A stretch of 63,635 bases of DNA, counting the filler, from Octopus bimaculoides (lineage: Eukaryota): NCBI RefSeq assembly GCF_001194135.2. It is 8 parts of 8 records of this genome, joined end to end, with 100 filler letters (N's around TTAATTAATTAA, not from the genome) between each part and the next. Parts side by side here need not be neighbours in the genome. Positions count along the whole stretch, not along the records: positions 1 to 14,499 come from NC_068982.1; positions 14,600 to 21,590 come from NC_068986.1; positions 21,691 to 38,587 come from NC_068993.1; 5 more parts are not named here. One strand, 5' to 3'. The translations under genes were made by a program, and so were the position numbers. Shown in pieces: positions 10,833 through 22,648 of the stretch (its first letter is position 1; every line of letters starts with the position of its first letter). The notes beneath the pieces were generated by a model. The model worked only from the letters and a program-made list of their open reading frames with translations. It did no database searches and was not told the origin of the DNA.

Positions 10833-11805
10833 TAACCAAAGTGTTAGGGTAGGCGTAAAGGCTTATACACTAACTGACCCTGTGCCATCAAAAATGATGG
10901 CTAATTGTAGTATTTTATATATGAAGAAGGTACGTAATAATCACAGATACAAACATTCACATACTTCCCTTGTACATGCAGACACATACACACATGTACT
11001 CAGAGTTGAAATGCTGTTCGATTTTTCTTTTCAGCATTGAACGTTCACCATCCCATTTCCACTGCACACACACCACACACACAAACATTCACATACTTCC
11101 CTTTTGTATACTCACACAGAGTTGAAACACTGATTTTTTTTCACCCCTTCCTTTTTCCATAGCTATTACTTTCTCTCACTCTCTCTTAGTCAGGGCTGTT
11201 ACTCTCACTACTTCTCCTTCACTGAATTACTGTTTTCTCTCCTCTCCCTTCATTTATACTACTTTTTCTCCTACTCCATCCTACTCCTACTCTGTGATCT
11301 TGGACAAATATATATATATATATACAAATATATAAAAACACTACGCTCATTATTATATTAAGAGATGTATTGTTCATTAAATTGTAGATACATTCCCAAA
11401 ACTTTAATGAGGTGTAGTTATGTAGGTGACAAATTCATAACATTATCTAATTGCAGGGAAATATATTTAGTAGGTTGGCTAGTTATATTCTAGTAACACA
11501 AGTATTTGTTTATTTATTTAGTTAGGTTCATCAAAGTATACAGCACAATAATTAATAACAATAACAAATTAGCTTGAAAATTTGAGTACATATTTAAATC
11601 ATGCTTTGAATCTAGTGTTCTGGAACTTCCATCTATAATAGACACAGGCAGCATGGTTGTGCGGTTAAGAAGCTTTCTTAACTGTGTGATCTTGGATTCA
11701 GTCTCACTACGCAGCACCTTGGACAAGTGTCTTCTACTATAGCCCTGGGTTGACCAAAGCCTTGTCAGAAGATTTGGTAGATGAAAATGAAGGAAGCCCT
11801 TCATA

Positions 11806-12431
11806 CACGAGGAGGTGCTGAAAAGTTCCTGGCTTTAAAGGTACTGTAGTGGAGGCGCAATGGCCCAGTGGTTAGGGCAGCGGACTCAAGGTCATAGGAT
11901 CGTGGTTTCGATTCCCAGACTGGGTGTTGTGAGTGTTTATTGAGCGAAAGCACCTAAAGCTCCACGAGGCTTTGGCAGGAGATGGTGGCGAACCTGCTGT
12001 ACTCTTTCATCACAACTTTCTCTCACTATTTTTTCCTGTTTCTGTTGTGCCTGTAATTCAAAGGGTCAGCCTTGTCACACTCTGTGTCACGCTGAATATC
12101 CCCGAGAATTACGTTAAGGATACACGGGTCTGTGGAGTGCTCAGCCACTTGCATGTAAATTTCACGAGCAAGCTGTTCTGTTGATCGGATCAACTGGAAC
12201 CCTCGTCGTTGTAAGCGATGGAGTGCCAACAACAACAACAACAACAAAGGTACTGCAAAAGGCCTGGCTGGAGGCCTAACTTCTGAGATCTTTTACAGGG
12301 CTTAGAAAAACTGAAGGACCACTGCAATAAGTGAGTGAATCTAAGAGGGGATGTTGAATAAAATCATAATTAACTGATCCGTCAGTATTTTCTTTTGCCC
12401 AAAGCCTGGAACTTTTCAGCATCCCCTCGTA
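11806..12431. mobile_element. Tc1/mariner-like non-autonomous element
   Basis: Terminal inverted repeats CACGAGGAGGTGCTGAAAAGTTCCTGGCTTT / AAAGCCTGGAACTTTTCAGCATCCCCTCGTA, sitting in a TA context. Confidence 0.7.
11847..12245 (+). mobile_element. tRNA-derived SINE, family C (tRNA-Arg-like head), full length with TSD
   Basis: Head GGAGGCGCAATGGCCCAGTGGTTAGG...GGTTTCGATTCCC, (CAA)n tail, perfect 10-bp TSD AAAGGTACTG at 11837-11846 and 12246-12255. Confidence 0.9.
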
Positions 12432-13119
12432 TATATGAATATGTGTCTTTGTGTTTGTCCCAGACATGTGCTGGTTTGTTTACATCTCCATAACTTAGCT
12501 GTTTAGCGAAAGGCCAATAGAGTAAGTAGCAGGCTTAAAAAATAAGTACTGGTGTTGATTTGTTCAACTAAACCCTTGGAGGCAGTACCCCAGCATGACT
12601 ACAGTTCAATGACTGAAACAAGTCAAAGATAAACAGTTAACCTTCTCCTGCCTATATATATATATTAGCTGTTGAGGTAGCATGACACCTATGTAGTTGC
12701 TTGACTTAATAGAAATAACAGCTAAATCTCTCTCACCCATACTGTACCAACACATTGGATTATGTAATCCTAGATAGGCTATGTCTGGAAAGACTGGAAA
12801 AATATGAAGACTAGAAAATCCCAGCTGGAATGTCTTTTATAGGTCTGCCGACTTGCTGCCTACCCTGGGCTAAATAATAACATATTATCTATGTTTCATG
12901 TGATTCATTGATTGATCTATAATTTTATATGCAAACCTTTTCAGTGAAAATTTATATACCAAGGGAGGTGTAGATATCTAGATAACATTAATAACACTGT
13001 TACTGGGGAATAAGTTATTTTAATTAATTATACACTAATAACACTTTCAACATATAAGCTTGTACTCTTTATTCAAAAAGATAATTAACAGGAACATATA
13101 TGGCAAACCATTAATTTTT

Positions 13120-13462
13120 GATGCCATGGCTCAGTGATTAGAGTGTCAGGCTCACAATCATGAGGTAATGAGTTCAATTCTTGGACCAACACGTGTGTTG
13201 TGTTCTTAAGCAAGACACATCATTTTCACGTTGCTCCAGTTCACTCAGCTGTAAAAATGAGTTGCAACGTCACTGATGCCAAATTGTATCGGCCTTTGCT
13301 TTTCCCTTGGATAACATCAGTGGCGTGGAGAGAGGAGGTTGGTATGCATGGGCAACTGCTGGTCTCCCACTAACAAGCTTGTCTGGACTTGTACCTCAGT
13401 GGGTAAATTTCTAGATGCAATTCCATGGTAATTCATGACTGAAAGGGATCTTTACCCTCTTC
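13120..13462 (+). mobile_element. tRNA-derived SINE, family D, decayed
   Basis: A-box-like TGGCTCAGTGATTAG, B-box-like GAGTTCAATTC, then GTGTTCTTAAGCAAGACAC...CAGTTCACTCAGCTGTAAAAATGAGT. Only one clear copy in the window. Confidence 0.55.
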
Positions 13463-14149
13463 TAAATAAGAATAAGAAGTTATAAACTTTGAGAGAGCAT
13501 GGAATAATTATTTTAGGGAGGGCAGTAAAACTCAAAGCAGATAAAGTTACATATAATAAGCATGTAAATATTGGGTTGAAAAGCTCTTTTTATCATTGTT
13601 TGGCACCAATAAACTAAAGATGCCATGAAGCACTTAACTTCATGACTAAGAATATCTGACAAAGTCATTGAGATAACAGCCAGAGGTAATCATTAATTAT
13701 TTATGTATTTATATGTTTAGTTATCTTTTATCTGTCATTTGCTTCAGTCATTGCACTGTGGTCATGCTGGGGCACTGCATTAAAGGGGTTAAGTTGAATA
13801 GATTAACCCCTGTATGTATGTATTTCTTAAACTCCGGTACTTAATCTATCAGTCTCTTTTGTTGAACCACTAAGTTATGTTTGCGTAAACAAACTAAAAC
13901 CACTTGTCACATGGTAGGAGTGGGGAACGAACAGAGACACAAAGACACACACAGCACAAGAACCCCTCCCCCAGTACACACTGTAAAGTGGTTGGCATTA
14001 GGAAGGGTGTCTAGCCATAGAAGCCATGCCAAAACAGACAATGGAGTATGATACAGTCCTTTGACCCATCAGAACCTGTCAGACTATCCCCTCTATACCA
14101 GCATAGAACATAAATGTTAAATGATGATGATGATGATATATATATGTAT

Positions 14150-14499
14150 GTATCATCATCATCATCATCATCATCGTTTAACGTCCGCTTTCCATGCTAG
14201 CATGGGTTGGACGATTTGACTGACGACTGGTGAAACCGGATGGCAACACCAGGCTCCAATCTAAATTTGGCAGAGTTTCTACAGCTGGATGCCCTTCCTA
14301 ACGCCAACCACTCAGAGAGTGTAGTAGGTGCTTTTACGTGTCACCCGCACGAAGGCCAGTCAGGCGATACTGGCAACGACCACGCTCGAAATGGTGTCTT
14401 TTATGTGCCACCCGCACAAGAGCCAGTCCAGGGGCACTGGCAACGATCTCGCTCGAAAATCCTACGAAGGCCAGTCAGGCGATACTGGCAACGGCTACG
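14150..14499 (-). mobile_element. Young RTE-LINE 3' UTR and tail, cut by the scaffold spacer
   Basis: Near-identical reverse complement of 10552-10832, with extra internal repeat units. Confidence 0.88.
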
Positions 14500-14599
14500 N
14501 NNNNNNNNNNNNNNNNNNNNNNNNNNNNNNNNNNNNNNNNNNNTTAATTAATTAANNNNNNNNNNNNNNNNNNNNNNNNNNNNNNNNNNNNNNNNNNNN
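14500..14599. other. Artificial scaffold spacer (44 N + TTAATTAATTAA + 44 N)
   Basis: Exactly 100 bp with a six-frame stop 12-mer at 14544-14555; identical structure seven times in the window. Confidence 0.95.
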
Positions 14600-14702
14600 A
14601 TATATATAGTAATAATATTAGTGAATAAAAATTTATTCCAACCTTACAGGCAAAAATCAGTATAATATTACACTGGGTTTCCTAATATATAATATATATG
14701 TG

Positions 14703-15368
14703 TATATAACTAATTTAGAGACGAACCACCACTCTACAACTCACCCACTAACACATTTTTTTACTATTATCTACTTATTCCATAATCTTTTAACCTTCTT
14801 TACTATAATACTCTTTTTCAATATTTTTAGATTGTAACTCTTAATAATTATATTAATACCGTTAATGTAGGGATTAATTTACACATTTTGTCTCTTTATA
14901 TATATTTTTATTTCTCATGTTTATGTTTATTCCTTGAATGATTTTAGGTATTTTCTTAGAGATTTGACCTGAAGAGTGACTGATTTTGGGAGTAAAATCA
15001 TTTCCCCATTCTAATGAACTCGGATAGAATTCGCTTATGATTTTATATAGTCCTATTTCAGCCACGAAACGCGCATAGTCTATGTACTAGCACTAACTTT
15101 TTACATTTATACTTCCATACTGTATATTACCGTATTAATTTTTACTGTCCAATTTATAAATTTGACTTTTAAATCTTTTTAAATTAATATTTCTATGATT
15201 TATTTATGTGATTTATATGATTTATTTATGTAATATATTATTTAATTTAAATTCTAGATTAAAATCTTAGATATATCAAGATGGAATATGTCTCACAGCA
15301 AGGATTTGGACAGGTTCTGAGTTGACTGAGTTGTAGAGTGGTGGTTCACCTCTAAATTAGTTATATAT
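14703..15368. mobile_element. Candidate TIR element or two opposed short repeats, flanked by (TA)n
   Basis: About 41-bp inverted repeats: TATATAACTAATTTAGAGACGAACCACCACTCTACAACTCA (14703-14743) versus 15327-15368, with 2 mismatches. Confidence 0.45.
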
Positions 15369-15449
15369 ATATATATATATATATATATAACATTTTTATA
15401 ATATATATATATAATATATTTTTATAATATATACAATATATATATAGTA

Positions 15450-15822
15450 GGCACAGGAGTGGCTGTGTGGTAAGTAGCTTGCTTACCAATCACATGGTTC
15501 CGGGTTCAGTCCCACTTCTACTATAGCCTCGGGTTGACCAATGCCTTGTGAGTGGATTTGGTAGATGGAAACTGAAAGAAGCCCATCTTATATATTTATA
15601 TATATATGTCTGTGTGTTTGTGTGTCTGTGTTTGTCCCCCCACCATCGCTTGACAACCGATGCTGGTGTGTTTACGTCCCCGTAACTTAGCGGTTCGGCA
15701 AAAAGAGACCGATAGAATAAGTACTAGGCTTACAAAGAATAAGTCCTGGGGTCGATTTGCTCGACTAAAGGCAGTGCTCCAGCAGTCAAGTGACTGAAAC
15801 AAGTAAAAGAGTAAGAGTAAAG
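15450..15822 (+). mobile_element. Family A SINE with a small internal deletion
   Basis: Colinear with 4649-5042; lacks the GCGTGGCACCTTGGGCAAGTGT segment. Confidence 0.85.
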
Positions 15823-16195
15823 AGTGTATATATAATAAATATATAATACATATATAGTATTTATATAATATCCTCATTATTTAACGTCCGCTTTCCATGC
15901 TAGCATGGGTTATATAATTTATATATAATATATATATCATATATATATATAATATATATATATATATATGTAATATATATAAATATATTATGCGGTGAAG
16001 CAACTGTTGCTGATCCCTTAATTATGTATATATATATATGTGTGTGTGTATGTGTGTGTGTAAGTATATATATNNNNNNNNNNNNNNNNNNNNNNNNNNN
16101 NNNNNNNNNNNNNNNNNNNNNNNNNNNNNNNNNNNNNNNNNNNNNNNNNNNNNNNNNNNNNNNNNNNNNNNNNNNNNNNNNNNNNNNNNNNNNNN

Positions 16196-16227
<32 letters not shown>

Positions 16228-17729
16228 TTATATGCACACTCACACATTGTGGTGGCTGATTAGCATAGTCTGGTTTAAAGACCACTAAACTCAACTTAGG
16301 GAACATATGAGAGATGGTGATGTAAAGGATAAACCTTTCTAGAAATTTTAAATATCTGTATACAAGGGTGCTAGATTTGTATACTGTTGCTTCATTTCAA
16401 TTTTGTATGGTCTTATTCGTGTTATAATTTTGCTCAGCTTATACAATGTGGAAATTTGACAATATTTGTATAGGAAGTTGCAGATAATGATAAGTGAAAT
16501 GATTCTTCCCAGTTAGGCATGACTTTGTGATTAAGAATTTCACTTCCTAACCATGTGATGTCCTATTATATTTAGTATTAGTTTATCCTGGTTTTAAGAT
16601 CAGACATCACAAGTGGAATATTCTATGCAATACATGAATGGCTTTCCAACTGAAGTAGTTTGTTCAATTTTTCCCCATAGATAAAAACTTTATTTCTGAT
16701 GTCCTTATGTCCTAATAAAGGGCATGAGTGCAATAACTAGCAAAATAATTTTTATGTACACCATTCTGTTCCACCCAGAAAAGAATTTCTATTAATATCA
16801 ATAAATTTTTAATTCATTACAAGTTTAATTTGAAGTAAGAAAAAAATTATTTTTTACTCACTATATTAAGTATATTAAGTATATTCATGCAGAAGAGATT
16901 TTGAGGAAATTTTCTAATGTCATTATTTTAAATTACCTAATCACTGAAAAGTTCCACACCAAAATCATAAACCTAAGAGTCATTCTGTAATTTGGTTAAA
17001 TGTTTCTAATTAAACTGAAATATGCCTACAATGGTCGAACGTTATCTGAGTCACTCTTCCCATATCTCTACTTTATATTTCATCAATTTAAATTTCAAAG
17101 TTATTTCGTTTTCATCTCTTGAAAAGAATTGTCATTAATACTAATGAATTTCAAATAGAAATTATATTTTGGCTTACAGCATTACATGTTATGTGTTTAT
17201 ACAGAAGTGAATTTTTCAGTATGTTAACACTCTTTGTCAAAGAGTGGTTCTAAGCTCATGGCTAGTTGAGCCTGAAACAGATTTGAATGCTACTTAAATA
17301 ATTTAACTTCACATCTCAACCTTGCAATTTCTGTCCTTAGTCAATATCTTGAATACTTGTACTTGACATACTATTTTAAGACAAAATATTTGGTGGTTTC
17401 TCAATTACTCAATTAGAGTTAAACTTTCATTTTATATATATACTGTATGTTTGATAAAAATCATACACAATGAACTATCTATCCATCTTCTCCACCCACC
17501 ATTTCTAGAAGGATGATGGAAGTAGAGTCCTCAGGTACCTCCTTAGTTGAATCCAATCAGAACCAAATATCATTACATTTTCTGGCTGGATTCCCAAGTG
17601 TGACCAACTGAGACTATGGATACTACCCAACCTTCTCGTTCTTGGTCTACTCCTTGGTCTACTGTCAATTGGCTGAATTTGAAGAATCTCTCTTGTAATT
17701 TTTTCCTGCAGCATTCTAATCATATGTCC

Positions 17730-18050
17730 ATTCAAATGTGGCAAGGCCACTGGGATGAATGAAATTCAGCCTGATATGTTAAAAGCCTTAAAAAGAGAAT
17801 GTATTTTCTGGCTGATTCATATACACCAAGGGACCTGGACTTCTAGAAAGTCACCAAAGCAATGGCAATCCAAGCTGTTAATCCCAACTTTTAAAAAAGG
17901 AGACAAGAAAGAGTATTCTAATTATCACAGAATCTCCTTGTTGAGCTTCCAAGATGTCTGGAAAAAAGATGTAGGGAAATCGTCAAGCCCAAGCTAGCCA
18001 AATAACAGTGTAGCTTCCATCCTGGACACAGCATATTCACTCTACAGTAG
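17730..18050 (+). mobile_element. Degenerate non-LTR (RTE-like) reverse transcriptase N-terminal fragment
   Basis: Reads GMNEIQPDMLKAL...WQSKLLIPTFKKGDKKEYSNYHRISLLS, matching GxDxIxxEMLK...W..IPIFKKGD...NYRxISLLS. Confidence 0.78.
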
Positions 18051-18754
18051 GTCTATGATGAACCCATTTCTATCATCATTTCTTTGAATTTACTTTTACT
18101 AACCATCTTTCTAAATTACCACAGAAAAAAAAAAAAGAAAACAATTTTGCTACATAGTGATTAGTCCAATTTTGAAAAGCATTACTGGCACAGCAGTTAT
18201 CAGTTTAGGTATTAGCCCACTGATCACATAGTACAGAGTTCCAACTTTACCAGAGCCAGTATACAAAGTGCAGCTTATTCTTCATGTGCTAACATGCCTG
18301 TTGTTTAACAACAAACATCTCTTCCATTACTTAATTGAGTGGTTCATTTAAGGAAAAGTTCACTGCTTTAAAAACACAGACCCAACAGTACTATGGCAAC
18401 CAGAAAAATCAGCATAATTATTGATAACAATTACTGATCTAGATAATTTCTTGTAACACAGAAGGAGGCAATCGAAGTACAAGTGAGAATGGCAGTAGCA
18501 GTTAATATGCCAGTCTCTTTCTGTCATTTTCCCTCTCTATTTGTATTACTTAACCAACAACTTTCTTTCTCTCTTTCTTTCTCTACCTTTCTCTTGTTTA
18601 TTACACTCCTTATAATCCGATCAGTCACTTTACACATTATTCTCTTCACACACAAACACACACACACATTTATTTGCACATACATGCCCACCCAATGTTA
18701 TATACAGGGTGATTCAAAAAACTCTTTAGCATGCTTCTTTTTTTATGTACCCAG

Positions 18755-19040
18755 CCTTCACACTGATGGGGAGGGCTGATCTATACTGAAAGAAAAGATC
18801 TCTGCAGGTGGCTTTCTTGTAAAATTTGGTTTTGATGTTATCTCTTTTTATGATTTGATTTTGAGTTGAAAGTCAAGTAGCGGGATGGATCCAGATGGCC
18901 GTATGTTACTCTGATGGTTTGGGCTTCCATACCTAGACAGGTCTTCAAATGAACAAGTAGCTTTAAATCATTTAAAAGATTCATGAATATTGGCAAGGCT
19001 TGGAGAATCTCAATTCAAAATGTGTTTCCACACACTTTGA
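18755..19040 (-). mobile_element. Possible Penelope-like RT remnant
   Basis: Broken minus frames give SIPLLDFQLKI and FYKKATCRDLFFQYRSALPISVK, resembling the Penelope RT C-terminal LPFLD...FYxKP..HxxSA pattern. Confidence 0.45.
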
Positions 19041-19308
19041 ACTTTGGACAATTGACTTGTTAGACTTTGCCATTTTTAGCACAATGACTATGCTCTCTTT
19101 TGATGATGACATTTTTCTACAATATATAAAACAATATATCATCATCATCATTTTAATATCCACACCTCCATGTGTTCATGGATCAGACAACACTTATTGA
19201 GATAGATTTTCTATGGCCAAATGGTCTTCTTGTCACTACCCTAACATTTTCCCAATATATATATACATATATCTGTTTCCAGTGTGTGTGTGCATGTGTG
19301 TGTGTGCA

Positions 19309-19367
<59 letters not shown>

Positions 19368-19380
19368 ATACGTATGTAAG

Positions 19381-19640
19381 TGATATGAAAAGACATTTAC
19401 AACAAAATATCTAAGATTGTATTAAAGATTGTAAATAGAATGAAAAATTACAATTATATATATAATGTTAATGCTAAAAAACTTCTGAATCAGCTTGTGT
19501 CTGTGTATGATATGAAAAGATATTTACAACAAAATATCTAAGATAGTATTAAAGATTATTAAAAAAAAATGGAAAAAAATAATTATTTATATAATGTTAA
19601 TGCTAAAGAAACTTTTGAATCATCTTGTGTGTGTGTGTGT
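19381..19640. repeat. Diverged tandem duplication, period about 127 bp
   Basis: TGATATGAAAAGA[C/T]ATTTACAACAAAATATCTAAGAT...TAATGTTAATGCTAAA...GAATCA begins at both 19381 and 19508. Confidence 0.85.
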
Positions 19641-20200
19641 GGTGGGAGATAGAATAGTTGTAGCAGGTAAGAGAATAGATGGTAGGGGAATGTGACGATA
19701 TAGAATAGTCATGTTACTACCTTTTATGATTTTCACTCAGGAATCAAGTAAAGGGAGGGATCTAGATGGCTGTGTTTCAATTGCGCACACACTCCCTCTC
19801 CCTGCATAGAATATAGGAGGAAGGGTAGGTAGGACATGGAGATGCATACACCATACAATAGGCAAGGGATGGTGTGTGCACTGTCCCACTATTTTAATTG
19901 AGTATTTCACCAAGCTTGCAAGGGATATTGCATTTTCTGCTTGTACCATGTATTGCCAGTCGACCCAGTCAACTATTAGCTCCTGCATCTGATGTAATAT
20001 CTGAAGATCATTTTTATGCTATCTCATCCCAAGTCTTCTTCAGTCTCCCTCTCTCGCAGGTACCATTTATTGCCACCCTCTATCTAGGTCATATGCCTAT
20101 ACTGTCACAATCTCCTCTCTTGCATGTAACATCTGATTCCTCTTATACCCAGTTTTACACTCAGTTCAGTTATATTTCATCATTTATATACATTAACATG

Positions 20201-20475
20201 TGGAGGCGCAATGGCCCAGTGGTTAGGGCAGGCTCCACGTGGCTCTGGCAGGGGATGGTGGCGAACCCTGCTGTACTCTTTCACCACAACTTTCTTCCTG
20301 TTTCTGTTGTACCTGTATTTCAAAGGGCCAGCCTTGTCACACTGTGTCACGCTGAATATCCCCGAGAACTCTGTGGAGTGCTCAGCCACTTGCACGTTAA
20401 TTTCACGAGCAGGCTGTTCCATTGATCGGATCAACTGGAACCCTCGACGTCGTAAACGACGGAGTGCCAACAACA
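20201..20475 (+). mobile_element. Family C SINE, internally deleted, with TSD
   Basis: Head and (CAA)n tail as at 11847. The 11-bp TSD ACATTAA[C/G]ATG lies at 20190-20200 and 20476-20486. Confidence 0.88.
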
Positions 20476-20793
20476 ACATTAAGATGCATGACACACCCAG
20501 TGAAGTACACTCACTTTATTTCTTTCAAGTTATTCCAAGTCTTCTGCATCTAAGGTTGATGTCTTACTACCATGCAGCATGTGTATTTCATACATGAGCA
20601 TCATACAATCTACACTTGACCTTCAGAGAGAAAACGCTCTTTATTACTGACAGAGATAATAGCTCCCTGAACCTTCTCCAGACTGATCTTACACTAACTA
20701 GTACATTTCTGGAACACTTGCATTCACTGATAATTTAGTCACCTTAATCACAAAAGCTATCAACTTCTAGTATACCATCTGAGTATTCTAGAT

Positions 20794-21068
20794 CAGGGGT
20801 TTTCAAACTTTTTGACTTGCAGACCCCTTTATATTTCAGGCTTTACCTTAGGGACCCCCTTATAAACACTTATGAAATTTATACATAAATATTTGCTTAA
20901 AATAACATATATTTTTACATTTATTTATTTAACAGTACTTAACAAATAGGTTTATTGTCAATTAAAAGATTTCGATTAAAAAACATATATAAAATCAAAT
21001 TGCCCATAAAAAGTATTTGCTGTCCATGGACCCCCTGTGGTCCGCGGACCACAGTTTGAAAACCCCTA
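20794..21068. mobile_element. hAT (Charlie-type) MITE, 275 bp
   Basis: TIR CAGGGGTTTTCAAACT / AGTTTGAAAACCCCTA; perfect 8-bp TSD TTCTAGAT (20786-20793, 21069-21076), fitting the NTCTAGAN preference of hAT-Charlie elements. Confidence 0.92.
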
Positions 21069-21542
21069 TTCTAGATAATCGATTTCACAAACATCCCTAA
21101 TGCTCATTGCCCCGGTTCACCTGCTGCATCTGAAATCTACCTTCTCTGTTAGTCAACATGTATATACATACATGGTTCTTTGGTTAAGAATTTTGCTTCC
21201 CAGCCGAATGGTGTCTAGTTCATCCTCACTAAATGGTACATTGGACAAGCTTTGTGAGTGGATTTGGTAGAGAGAAACTGAAAAAGGTCTGTCTCTGTGC
21301 ATGTGTATGTGTGCGTACGTGTTCAATTATGTGTCTTGACATCAAGCACTATCATTCAAGCAATACCCCTCCTTTCCATTCATCTGTGAAAACATGTCCA
21401 GTCATAAGGAAATATTATCTTTACTTGGAAACAATTGAGAGTTGGAAACAGGAGGATTATCTGGTCATTTAAAATCTGCCTCAATGGATTTCACCTGACT
21501 AATGCAAGCGTGGAAAGTGAACATTAAAACAATGATAATGAG

Positions 21543-21590
<48 letters not shown>

Positions 21591-21690
21591 NNNNNNNNNN
21601 NNNNNNNNNNNNNNNNNNNNNNNNNNNNNNNNNNTTAATTAATTAANNNNNNNNNNNNNNNNNNNNNNNNNNNNNNNNNNNNNNNNNNNN
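21591..21690. other. Artificial scaffold spacer
   Basis: 44 N + TTAATTAATTAA (21635-21646) + 44 N. Confidence 0.95.
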
Positions 21691-21694
21691 GCGC

Positions 21695-21725
21695 CACCAC
21701 CACCACTACCACCACTACCACCACC

Positions 21726-21786
<61 letters not shown>

Positions 21787-21808
21787 TTGCTACTACTACT
21801 ACTACTAC
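21695..21808. repeat. (ACC)n/(ACT)n microsatellite
   Basis: Read directly from the sequence. Confidence 0.95.
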
Positions 21809-22279
21809 TTGTTCTTTCATTCTTCATTTATTCTCGTTCCCCCGCCCCCGTCATTCCTCTTCTCTATTTCTAATAAAGGTGAGAACGCATTGACTCATTC
21901 ATTCACTTACCCCACCCCGCTCCTGCTACTCCACTGTCATTCACTCCCTCATTCACAGAACATTACTGTTCCATTCTCGTTCGTTTTCACTTTTTTCTGT
22001 TTTTGTTCTTTTTTTTTTCTTTTTTTTCTTCTCCGCAAGAACACCTGGTCAGTCAAATATCCAGCGCTTATAAACTAACAGTTTCAGGCTACTGTCCATC
22101 CATCCATCCGATAAAAATACATTCTGGACTTTGGTCGTATTTGGACGAAGGTCAATTTTGCTATTATTTTGATCTTTTTTTTACATTCAGTTGTGTTTGA
22201 CCACAATCTGCCTGTGTTTCTTGACCAACAACTCAAAATGATATACGTCGAAGACTTCAACTCTTCTCACGTTAACCTC

Positions 22280-22338
<59 letters not shown>

Positions 22339-22648
22339 AGAATCATAACTAATCGTTTCTACTAAAAGCAGAAACCCTTGAAATTTGGTGGGGAGTAAGG
22401 TTAATCAATTACATCAAATTCCCCAGTACTTAACTGGTACTTATTTTTATCGACCCGGAAATCTGAAAAACAAAGTCAACCTCGGCGGAATTTGAACTCA
22501 GATGGTAAAGACGCGCTGAAATGCCACTAAATGCCACCTAGCTGCCTTCATAATAATAATAATAATAATGTTGTTGTTGTTCTTGTTCTTGTTGTCGTCG
22601 ATGTTATTTTATTTGGCCGTGATGATCGAACAGACGTATGGCCAAAAG

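Larger units (their letters stand above)
11645..12632 (+). mobile_element. Old family A SINE split by a nested MITE and SINE
   Basis: Left arm 11645-11805 (head to GGAAGCCC) and right arm 12432-12632 (GTGTTTGTCCC...GACTGAAACAAG) flank the insertion at the internal TA tract. Confidence 0.7.
19930..21150 (-). mobile_element. Old RTE LINE remnant interrupted by a SINE and a MITE
   Basis: Minus frames give ILEVDSF, WRRFRELL..SLKVKCRLYDA, HGSKT..EDLE and RGRLKKTWDE, colinear with the RTE ORF at 9890-10271 and 42058-42400. Many stops. Confidence 0.75.

Noticed and set aside
14966-15008. Hammerhead-like pieces (CTGAAGA on plus; GAAA-hairpin-GTC on minus)
   Set aside because: The core elements are on opposite strands and stem III geometry is wrong; there is no complete catalytic core.
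19898-20597. ORFs of 175, 128 and 104 aa
   Set aside because: They are antisense to an RTE remnant or run through a family C SINE; no independent coding signal.
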